Source of the DNA: Candidatus Latescibacterota bacterium
GTDB lineage: Bacteria; Latescibacterota; UBA2968; GCA-2709665
Assembly (NCBI GenBank): GCA_965219995.1
Contig: CBDCOX010000002.1
Span: 3,936,001-4,000,000 of the forward strand
Length of the DNA stretch: 64,000 nt
Direction of reading: 5' to 3'
A program made the position numbers and the translations under genes. Numbering within the stretch: position 1 is the stretch's first letter; each line of letters opens with the position of its first letter. Under the pieces are notes generated by a model. That model had not been told where the DNA came from. It worked only from the letters and a program-made list of their open reading frames with translations, and ran no database searches. This document shows, one piece after another, positions 31,199 to 39,484 of the stretch.

Positions 31199-33631
31199 AT
31201 GCGTTCGAACCGTTTGAACACCGTCCTGAAAGGGTGCGGTGGATGGGCGTTCGCAGCAGTCCTGGCGATCTGCTGGTCCGGAGAGGTCCGGGGCCAGGCG
31301 AATCACCCGGGGTCCGCAGGCAGGGGCGCCCTGGAACGCGGAATGTTGTATACGTCCGTGACCAATCTGGGCACGCAGGGAGGCTCCATCGGGGCGGCGC
31401 TCTCGCGGTCTTCCAGTATGGTCTACCCCGCGACGGTGGGCGGGGACATCATAACGGGCCAGGGTTGGGCGAGCCAGTTGCCCTTCTTCCGCGTGGACTG
31501 CAACAGCGAAGGGCGAATCGAGGCCACGTCGCACGGGGAGGGCATCGGCCTGGCGTTGCGCCTTCCGTCCAGTTTCCAGGGCTCCAGAGCCTACGACAAT
31601 TTCTCCAAGAACGGATTCTACGTGGTATTGACCGGTCCGCGGTCGGACATGCTGGACGAGATCGTCCCCATGGTGGGAGACCCCGCCATGGATGAGGACC
31701 TGCAGTACCTGGGCGGGGAAATCAGGGCGCAGCCCTCCTCCGCCGAGGATCCCGGCAAGGAATGGCGTAAAGGCGCGCCGTGGTACTACGCGCCCACGTG
31801 GAGCGAGAACCTGGCGCAGATTCTGGAGAATGCGCCGCTGAACAGGGCGCCCGTGAGGATCAGCAACTGGGCATGGGGGGAATACGCGACGCCGGGGCCA
31901 CCCGCCGCACCGTCTTCCCGTTCCGACGAATGGCCCGAAGAGATCATCGTGACCAAGTGGACCACGCTGGCGGGAGTAACCTTTACACGGCGCACGATGG
32001 CCTGGAGCTACCCCGCCTGGGACGACTTCATCATTACGGAGATCGAGATCGAGAACACGGGTGACAGCGACGGCGACGGTGAGAGGGACCTGCCCGCGGT
32101 AAGGCTGGAGGACGTCTATGTTCCCATCATCGGCGCCTGGATGATCTCGGACTCGGGGCTGTCCCATTACAACCGGTCCGATAGCTGGCACTGGTACAAC
32201 GTGGGCGGTCTCGACGACTGGATCGTGTATACGGAGAATGCCGGCTATTCGGGTCCCGCAAAGGGTCTGAAGATGATCGTGGACTGGGACGGCGACAGTC
32301 CGGAGTTCCCCTGGGACGATACCGGCGATCCCGTCAACAAGCTGATTATTTCGCCCTCTTGCGATACGGGCCGCAAGGACGGCGAATTCACCTCGTATCA
32401 GTATATGGGCTTCGGTCCGCTGGCGTACGAGGACGGCGGCGACTGGGGATTCAATACCCGGGACGCCGGCAAGTACGTGCAGCCCCAGGGCGACCAGCCC
32501 CACGCTGTGCGCTTCTGGCGGATCGAAAGCACCACCGTGTCCGCGGACCCCCGTCCCGGCGCACACGACCGGGAGACCATGTACAATATGATCGCGGATG
32601 CCGGATATCAGGCAAATCCGGACGAGATCGGCGTGCATTACAGCGCTCAGACCTTCGGTCCGTACTCACTGGCGCCCGGCGACAAGGCCAAGCTCGTGGT
32701 GGCCTGGGTGGGCGGATCGGGCGCAGGGGAGAGCGACCTCTACACCTGGACGCGGTCGCATCTTTACGACTTCGACGGGCTGAAGAAGGGCGAGGAATGG
32801 ATGGTCGAGTTCTTCAAGCGCGCGAAGTGGGCCTATGACAACGAATACGACGTGCCGGATTCGCCGCCGGACGTGTACGTGGCGGTGACAAACAGCCCGG
32901 ATGCGCAGAACCTGCTCACCTGGAATTCGGCCGACGGCGCAATGAACCCGGACTATATCGGCGCGGAAGCGCAGGACGTGGCGGGTTATCGCATCTACCG
33001 GTCCGAATGGAACCCGGATGGGCCCTGGACGAGGATCGGCGAGGTCCCTGCCGGGACGCATACGTATACGGACGTCGAGTCGGTTGCCGGCTTCAACTAC
33101 TGGTATTCGGTAAGGCCGTTCGCCAGTGGCCACGAAGACTGGATGGGACGCGTGGGCACGATGGCCACCCTACCCGCGCTGGTGCAGGCACAGGTAAAGG
33201 CCGGCCTGGAAGGCGGCCAGTGGGCGAGGTCGCAGCGCAAACCGCCGTTTTTCAGCCCGAAGCAGCCTGCCGTGGGCGAGACCGAGGCGTTGGGTAGAGA
33301 GGTTTTCGTGGTGCCGAACCCGTTCCGGGTTGGCGACGCCAACCTGCAATACCCGGGCAAACCTCAGATCCGGTTCGTGAACGTGCCGAGCAAGGCCTGG
33401 ATCTACGTGTTCAACAGCGCGGGCGACATGGTCGGAAAGATCCTGCACGACGACCGCACGGATGCGCCCGACGATCCCAACGTCTGGCTGGGCGAAGCGC
33501 AGTGGGACCAGTTGGCGATGTCGCTGGGCACAGGGTCCATATCGGCGGGCGTCTACTTCTTCGTGGTGGAATCCCTCGTCTCCGAAAGCATGGGGAAAAA
33601 GCGGATTGGGAAATTCATGGTCATCCGATAG
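31199..33631 (+). CDS. Secreted protein with FN3-like domain and C-terminal T9SS type-A/FlgD-Ig-like sorting domain
   Basis: Signal peptide; FN3-like LLTW...GYRIYRS...YTD...YWYSV; C-terminus VVPNPF...IRFVNVP...IYVFNSAGDMV...WD...AGVYF...GKFMVIR. Confidence 0.75.
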   Translation: MRSNRLNTVLKGCGGWAFAAVLAICWSGEVRGQANHPGSAGRGALERGMLYTSVTNLGTQGGSIGAALSRSSSMVYPATVGGDIITGQGWASQLPFFRVDCNSEGRIEATSHGEGIGLALRLPSSFQGSRAYDNFSKNGFYVVLTGPRSDMLDEIVPMVGDPAMDEDLQYLGGEIRAQPSSAEDPGKEWRKGAPWYYAPTWSENLAQILENAPLNRAPVRISNWAWGEYATPGPPAAPSSRSDEWPEEIIVTKWTTLAGVTFTRRTMAWSYPAWDDFIITEIEIENTGDSDGDGERDLPAVRLEDVYVPIIGAWMISDSGLSHYNRSDSWHWYNVGGLDDWIVYTENAGYSGPAKGLKMIVDWDGDSPEFPWDDTGDPVNKLIISPSCDTGRKDGEFTSYQYMGFGPLAYEDGGDWGFNTRDAGKYVQPQGDQPHAVRFWRIESTTVSADPRPGAHDRETMYNMIADAGYQANPDEIGVHYSAQTFGPYSLAPGDKAKLVVAWVGGSGAGESDLYTWTRSHLYDFDGLKKGEEWMVEFFKRAKWAYDNEYDVPDSPPDVYVAVTNSPDAQNLLTWNSADGAMNPDYIGAEAQDVAGYRIYRSEWNPDGPWTRIGEVPAGTHTYTDVESVAGFNYWYSVRPFASGHEDWMGRVGTMATLPALVQAQVKAGLEGGQWARSQRKPPFFSPKQPAVGETEALGREVFVVPNPFRVGDANLQYPGKPQIRFVNVPSKAWIYVFNSAGDMVGKILHDDRTDAPDDPNVWLGEAQWDQLAMSLGTGSISAGVYFFVVESLVSESMGKKRIGKFMVIR

Positions 33632-33668
33632 CCGGCGTGCGGCAATTCCGGGAAGGAGCGATAAGCTT

Positions 33669-34649
33669 ATGAAGCGGATACTATGCATGACACTGATGAC
33701 CGTTCTCGCGGCCGGCGCATTCTGGGATTCGCCCGCGGAAGCGCGGGACGTCCCCGAAATCCTGAAGTCCGAGGATTTCCGAAAACTGGGACTGGCGTCG
33801 TTTCCGTGGATGAAAGTGACCCAGTCTGCACGTGCGGCGGGCATGGGAGATGCGTTTACGGCCGTGTCGAACGACATCAACGCGATTTTTGCCAACCCGG
33901 CCGGCCTGGTCCACCTGAAGCGGTTCGGGTACCAGCTTTCCCACACCCGGTGGCTGGTCGACACCGGATTCTACACCGGCGCATTCGCCTACAGGACGGG
34001 CTGGGGCGTGCTGGGCGTCAGTGTCGTGAACTACGACGTGGGCGATATGCCCGTGCGGACCATATTCAACCCCGAGGGCACCGGGGAAATGATCAAAGGC
34101 GGGGGAACGTCCGTTGGCGTGGCGTACGCGTTTCACGCGACCGACAAGCTGGGCCTGGGCGTCCGGGGGGTATATATTTCGGAGACCCTGCACGTGGACA
34201 ATATGACCTCCGTCGTTCTCGACGCCGGGACCCACTTTTATACCGGTTTTCGCAGTTCACGCATCGCCCTGGCCATGCGGAACTTCGGGCCGGATACCAA
34301 GGTGCTGGCGGAAGACCAGAAATTCCTGATGCCGATGAATTTCGATATCGGCGTGGCGATGGAACTCGTCGGCCAGATGGACGAGCCGAATTACCTGACC
34401 GTCTCGTTCGGCAGTTCCTATCAGGTCGACTACGAGCAGCGATGGCAGGTCGGCGCGGAGCTCTGGCTGTCGGGCGCCGTGGCTCTCAGGACCGGGTACA
34501 AGTTCAACCACGACCTGGAAACGTACAGCTTCGGCGCGGGCTTCAAGGGCAACTGGGGCGACCGGACGGTGCTGGTTGACGTCGGCTATACCGACGTCGG
34601 CGAGTTGCTGGACGCACCCATCCGGTTCAGCATCGGCGGCGCATTCTAG
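33669..34649 (+). CDS. PorV/PorQ family outer-membrane barrel
   Basis: SARAAGMGDAF, AIFANPAGL, HTRWLVD, DAGT, NFG, LRTGY, FGAGF, terminal Phe; AAGGAG RBS. Confidence 0.85.
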   Translation: MKRILCMTLMTVLAAGAFWDSPAEARDVPEILKSEDFRKLGLASFPWMKVTQSARAAGMGDAFTAVSNDINAIFANPAGLVHLKRFGYQLSHTRWLVDTGFYTGAFAYRTGWGVLGVSVVNYDVGDMPVRTIFNPEGTGEMIKGGGTSVGVAYAFHATDKLGLGVRGVYISETLHVDNMTSVVLDAGTHFYTGFRSSRIALAMRNFGPDTKVLAEDQKFLMPMNFDIGVAMELVGQMDEPNYLTVSFGSSYQVDYEQRWQVGAELWLSGAVALRTGYKFNHDLETYSFGAGFKGNWGDRTVLVDVGYTDVGELLDAPIRFSIGGAF

Positions 34650-34848
34650 TACCGGGCGCCGGGGCGGCCCCTGTTGGGGCCACTCGACGTAAACAGCGCT
34701 AACGGCGGCGCAATGTGTCTCCGGCCGGGTCGGCGGGAAGGGGCATTGGCCGCCGTTTTGTTATCGAAACAGGGGCTGGCAGAGGGAGAGGCGGGGTCGG
34801 GATGGGATCGACCGGGGGTCCATGGCATCAACCCGGCGCGGGGTGGTC

Positions 34849-35736
34849 ATGCGTGCCATCAGAATATTGAACATATGTCTTGTTTGGTGGAGCGTTTCGG
34901 CTTGCGGCGGGGCGGATGAGCCGCCGACCAGCGCGGTGGAGGAAGTCGACCCGAGTGTGGACAGGCCCCTTCCCGTGGGCCTGGTGCGGCTTTTCGGCGG
35001 CGTTGAGATGGTTCGGGTGCCCGCCGGCAATTTCACCATGGGCATGGAAAGGGGGCCGGTCGATCAGCAGCCGGCCCGGCAGGTGTACCTGAGCGCCTTC
35101 TACATCGACCGGTATGAAGCGACCAACGCCCGGTATTTCAGGTTCTGGGCGGCTCCCGACGGCGGCAACCGGCAACGGCATACGCCGGCCAGCCACGGGT
35201 CCAGGAACGGCATCGGAGACTGGCCCGAGCGGGCGGAGACCCGGCCGAACTTTCCGGTCGTGGGGGTCAGCTGGTTCGACGCGGCCGCGTACTGCGCCTG
35301 GCGTGGGGCCAGGCTGCCTACGGAAGCGGAGTGGGAGAAGACCGCGCGCGGCGACGAAGCGAGAGAGCCGTATCCCTGGAACAAGGGGCTGAACGGGTCC
35401 AGAGCGAACTACAGGGACGGCGACGACGGGTACGACAATACGCTCGCGCCGGTGGGAAACTATCCCGAGGGCGTCAGCTTTTACGGGGCGATGGACCTGG
35501 TTGGGAACGTCTGGGAGTGGTGCGCGGACTACTACGATTCCGAATATTATAAAGTGAGCGCCACCATCGGCCCCACGGGGCCGGAGCAGGGAGAGTTCCG
35601 GGTACTTCGGGGCGGGTCCTGGCGGACCGCCGCGGGACAGGATCCGAACAAACTCAGCATCACCTACCGAAGCTGGTCGGATCCCACGGGAGCTACGGAT
35701 GGATGGGGCGTCCGGTGCGCGAGGGACGTAAACTGA
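34849..35736 (+). CDS. FGE-sulfatase (formylglycine-generating enzyme fold) lipoprotein, probably non-catalytic
   Basis: Lipobox VSAC; FTMG, FYIDRYEATN, PVVGVSW, RLPTEAEWEK, GNVWEWC, RGGSW, GVRC; no FGE catalytic Cys pair. Confidence 0.88.
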   Translation: MRAIRILNICLVWWSVSACGGADEPPTSAVEEVDPSVDRPLPVGLVRLFGGVEMVRVPAGNFTMGMERGPVDQQPARQVYLSAFYIDRYEATNARYFRFWAAPDGGNRQRHTPASHGSRNGIGDWPERAETRPNFPVVGVSWFDAAAYCAWRGARLPTEAEWEKTARGDEAREPYPWNKGLNGSRANYRDGDDGYDNTLAPVGNYPEGVSFYGAMDLVGNVWEWCADYYDSEYYKVSATIGPTGPEQGEFRVLRGGSWRTAAGQDPNKLSITYRSWSDPTGATDGWGVRCARDVN

Positions 35737-35738
35737 AC

Positions 35739-36596
35739 ATGCGCGGTTGGAGGTGGCCCCGAGCTGCCAGGATTCTATTGCTGTTGTGTTTCGGATGCAA
35801 TGGCGGGTCCATTCTGGACGACCTCCCCGACGGCGTCTTCCTCGACCGCACGCCGGCGGGGACCGTGGACACGATGCTGGCGGTGACCGCAGGCGACTTT
35901 CTGATGGGAACGAACCGGGGATTCGACCCCGAGGGCCCCGCGCACGTCGTCTATCTCAGCGCCTTTTACATTGACAAATACGAGGTGACCAACGCTCAAT
36001 TCCGTGCGTATGCGGGCGCTACGGGTGGTTCATTGCCGCCGGAGATCGGGAATCCGCTGTTTTCCGAGGACCGCCAGCCGGTGGTGGGGGTGACCTGGGC
36101 GGAGGCGGATGCCTACTGCCGGTGGCGGGGAGCACGCCTGCCCACCGAGGCGCAATGGGAGAAGGCGGCACGGGGGACCGACGGACGCACGTACCCGTGG
36201 GGTGAAGAAGCGCCAGGTGCGGACCACGCAATCATGGATCTGGGCGGAAGGTGCGGACGCACGAACTGGGCCGATCCCTCGGCGGGTGCGGTGCCCGGGG
36301 AGTTCTGTCATACCATGCCCGTGGGTTCCAGGCCCAGGGGCGCGAGCCCGTACGGGTTGCTGGACATGGCAGGGAATGCCTGGGAGTGGTGTAACGACTG
36401 GTACGACGATACCTACTACAGTCGAAGTCCGGGGGACGAACCAACCGGCCCGGCGTCCGGGACGTTCCGTGTGGTCAGGGGCAGTTCCTGGCATCACCTG
36501 CCCCATTATCTGAAAACGTCGGCCCGGTTCAGATTCTATCCCGACCAGAGGGGCAATTTCATTGGCTTTCGCTGTGTTCGGGGCGTACATAAATAG
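35739..36596 (+). CDS. Second FGE-sulfatase-fold (lipo)protein
   Basis: Lipobox-like CFGC; FLMG, YIDKYEVTN, RLPTEAQWEKAARG, GNAWEW, RGSSW, GFRC. Confidence 0.88.
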   Translation: MRGWRWPRAARILLLLCFGCNGGSILDDLPDGVFLDRTPAGTVDTMLAVTAGDFLMGTNRGFDPEGPAHVVYLSAFYIDKYEVTNAQFRAYAGATGGSLPPEIGNPLFSEDRQPVVGVTWAEADAYCRWRGARLPTEAQWEKAARGTDGRTYPWGEEAPGADHAIMDLGGRCGRTNWADPSAGAVPGEFCHTMPVGSRPRGASPYGLLDMAGNAWEWCNDWYDDTYYSRSPGDEPTGPASGTFRVVRGSSWHHLPHYLKTSARFRFYPDQRGNFIGFRCVRGVHK

Positions 36597-36624
36597 CCTT
36601 TGCAGGAGCGTCGGAGGCCGGGGG

Positions 36625-37737
36625 TTGTGCGTGCTCGCGGTCTTCGTATCGATGGCGCAGCCATCGATCGCAAGCGCCGGGAAGGCCGCCCTCGACGATA
36701 GCGTCGCGATCGGGTTGTCCCGGGCGATCGGCGTGGCCGATTCGACGTTGACGGGATCCGGGGCAGGAGTGACACAGGGTGCGTTTCCCCTGTTCGCCGA
36801 AGCCGCCGGACTCCTGGCCGAATGCAGGGTTGAGAACGGAGCGGGATGGAATCTGACCCGGCAGACGATCGACTTCTCTTCCGCTCGCCTGCGCGAGGCC
36901 CTGGCGGCAGCGCCGGAATTCGCCGCCGCACACTACCTTCTGGGCCTGATGGAGGCTAGGCAGCGCAGGTACGGGGACGCGCTGGCAGCCTGGCGGCGTG
37001 CGGCGCAGGCCGGCCCGCCCTTTTCCGTCGGACCGTTGAAGGCGCTGTTCATGCGTGCGGTCTCCCGCTGCCAGGGCGCCGCGGAGCAGGTTGCAAGGGG
37101 CACGCAGTATCTGGACCGGGGGAAGGTCCAGGAGGCGCGCGCGGCCTACACGGAGGCCGTTGCGATGATGCCGGACTACGCCGAGGCCCATGCGAACCTG
37201 GGCCTTGTCCTTATGCTCACCGGGGATCTCGACGGAGCCGTTTCCCGTCAGCTGGAAGCCATTCGGCTGAACCCCGGGCTGGCTGAAGCGTTTTATAACC
37301 TGGGGAACGTGTATTCCCGGCATCGAAAGTATAGGGAAGCGGTGACAGCGTACCGGGAGGCCATCCGGTTGAAGCCGGATGACGCGCCGCCGGATTCGGT
37401 CGTGTCGTTTGTCGACGCACATCAGGGGGCGTATACCCGGTCCGTGGCCGGGTACCAGCACGCCCGGCGCTACGCCGGACTGGCGAACGCGTATTTCAAT
37501 CTCGGCGACCACAAAGCGGCAATAGAAGCATACAGCCGCGCGGTCGGGCTCGCCCCGGACTTTGCCGACGGGCATTACAATCTTGGCGTCGTCTACGAAC
37601 GGACGGGCGACGTGGCGAGTGCTATCCGCCACTGGCGGGCATTTTTGAGACTCGCACGCGACGACCCGGCGCAGAAGGCCTGGGTAGCGGACGCCAGGAC
37701 GAGGCTGAATCTGCTGGAGAATTCGCGAAAAAAGTGA
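36625..37737 (+). CDS. Tetratricopeptide repeat protein
   Basis: Repeated AEAHANLG / AEAFYNLG / ADGHYNLG; TTG start after GGAGG (ORF extends to 36562). Confidence 0.88.
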   Translation: MCVLAVFVSMAQPSIASAGKAALDDSVAIGLSRAIGVADSTLTGSGAGVTQGAFPLFAEAAGLLAECRVENGAGWNLTRQTIDFSSARLREALAAAPEFAAAHYLLGLMEARQRRYGDALAAWRRAAQAGPPFSVGPLKALFMRAVSRCQGAAEQVARGTQYLDRGKVQEARAAYTEAVAMMPDYAEAHANLGLVLMLTGDLDGAVSRQLEAIRLNPGLAEAFYNLGNVYSRHRKYREAVTAYREAIRLKPDDAPPDSVVSFVDAHQGAYTRSVAGYQHARRYAGLANAYFNLGDHKAAIEAYSRAVGLAPDFADGHYNLGVVYERTGDVASAIRHWRAFLRLARDDPAQKAWVADARTRLNLLENSRKK

Positions 37738-39467
37738 GACGCTCCGGGATCATATGGGTTGTTTTCGCGTTCCTGACGTGCGTGGAGGGAGAGTGCCTCG
37801 CCCAGGGTGTGATCTTCAAGGATGTGACCCGGTCCGCAGGAATCCGGTTCAGGCACGACAACGGCGGTTCCGGCAGGGAATATATGCCGGAGACCATGGG
37901 GTCCGGATGCGCGTTCTGGGACTATGACGGCGATGGGGATGCGGATATTCTCCTGGTCAACTCCGCCCCGTTGAACGGTCGCCAACCGGAGACGCCTTCC
38001 ACGATGGTACTCTACCGGAACGAAGGCGACGGGACCTTTTCGGATGTGACGGCCCGGGCGGGGCTCAAGCGCGCGATGTACGGGATGGGTTGCGCGGCAG
38101 GAGACTACGATAACGATGGAGACAGCGACCTGTACGTGGCCTGCCTGGGCGCGAACCGGCTGTTCAGGAATCGTGGAGGCGGTAGGTTCGAGGACGTCAC
38201 GGTGCAGATGGGGGTGGGGGATTCGACGTGGAGCGTGTGCGCGGTCTGGCTGGACTACGATCGGGACGGCGACCTGGACCTGTTCGTGGGAAACTATCTG
38301 CAATGGTCCGCGGCAAGGGATGACTGGCTGTCGGCGCGTTCCAGCGGACGGTCTTACGCCCCGCAGCTGTACGATCCGGTGTACTCCCGGCTTTACCGCA
38401 ACGACGGAGACCGTTTTGAGGACGTCACGGATGCTTCCGGAATCGGCGAAAAGCCGGGAAAAGGCATGTCCGCGGTCGCCCTGGATTACAACGGCGACGG
38501 ATGGTCCGACATCCTGATGTCCAACGACACGATGCCGGACTATCTGTACCGCAACAACGGAGACGGCACGTTTACGGAGGACGGGATTCTGGCCGGCGTG
38601 GCGTACAGCGCCGCCGGAGAGGCGAAATCGGGAATGGGGGTCGACGCCGGAGATCTGCGCAATACCGGCAGGGAGGACGTGGCCATCGGGAATTTCGCCT
38701 TCGAGATGATCTCGTTGTTCCGGAACCAGGATGGCGCGTATTTCACGGATGAGACCCTGCCTTCGGGCGTAGGGCACCCGAGCGCGTCGTTCGTCACCTT
38801 CGGCGTTTTCTTTTTCGACTACGATCTGGACGGCCACCTGGATCTCTTTGCGGCGAACGGGCACGTTGACAGCCGGATCCACCGGGTCAAATCGCATCTC
38901 AGCCATGCCCAGCGCCCGTTACTTTACAGGAACACGGGCGGCGGCAGTTTCGTGGAAGTGGGGGGGACAAGCGGCGATCTGTCCGACCCCATGGTGGGGC
39001 GCGGCGCCGCGTATGCCGACTATGACGGCGACGGCGACCTGGACGTGCTCGTGTCCGCCAACAACGGGCATCCCGCGCTTCTGCGCAACGAAGGCGGCAC
39101 CCGGAACCGCTGCCTGAGGGTCAGGTTGATCGGCGGCGGCACGTCCGCGTTCGCCCGTCACCGGAAGCCGAACCTGGATCAATCGTGGTCCAACCGGGAC
39201 GGCATTGGCGCGACCGTTCGCTTGCGTTCGGGCGAGGGGGTGCAGACGCGTTACGTACGGGCCGGGTCGAGTTATTGTTCGCAAAGCGAGCGGATATTGA
39301 CGTTCGGGCTGGCTGGCTGGCGTTCCGTCGACGAAGTTGAGGTGGACTGGCCTTCCGGACGCGTAGAGCGAATCAACGACGTTTCAGCAGGACAGACGGT
39401 GACCATTCGGGAGGGAAGGGGAATTGTTGCCAGTACGCCGCTGAGAACCGTACCCGCGGCGGATTGA
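37734..39467 (+). CDS. CRTAC1-like FG-GAP repeat protein with C-terminal ASPIC/UnbV domain
   Basis: Many DYDxDGDxDL repeats, GRGAAYAD, NRDGIGA, SSYCSQS, FGL, WPSG. Confidence 0.92.
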   Translation: MRRSGIIWVVFAFLTCVEGECLAQGVIFKDVTRSAGIRFRHDNGGSGREYMPETMGSGCAFWDYDGDGDADILLVNSAPLNGRQPETPSTMVLYRNEGDGTFSDVTARAGLKRAMYGMGCAAGDYDNDGDSDLYVACLGANRLFRNRGGGRFEDVTVQMGVGDSTWSVCAVWLDYDRDGDLDLFVGNYLQWSAARDDWLSARSSGRSYAPQLYDPVYSRLYRNDGDRFEDVTDASGIGEKPGKGMSAVALDYNGDGWSDILMSNDTMPDYLYRNNGDGTFTEDGILAGVAYSAAGEAKSGMGVDAGDLRNTGREDVAIGNFAFEMISLFRNQDGAYFTDETLPSGVGHPSASFVTFGVFFFDYDLDGHLDLFAANGHVDSRIHRVKSHLSHAQRPLLYRNTGGGSFVEVGGTSGDLSDPMVGRGAAYADYDGDGDLDVLVSANNGHPALLRNEGGTRNRCLRVRLIGGGTSAFARHRKPNLDQSWSNRDGIGATVRLRSGEGVQTRYVRAGSSYCSQSERILTFGLAGWRSVDEVEVDWPSGRVERINDVSAGQTVTIREGRGIVASTPLRTVPAAD

Positions 39468-39484
39468 GACAAAAGGGGCATATT

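Noticed and set aside
34849-36596. FGE/CLec-fold genes as diversity-generating retroelement targets
   Set aside because: The window has no reverse transcriptase and no template repeat differing only at adenines; the two C-termini are simply divergent paralogues.
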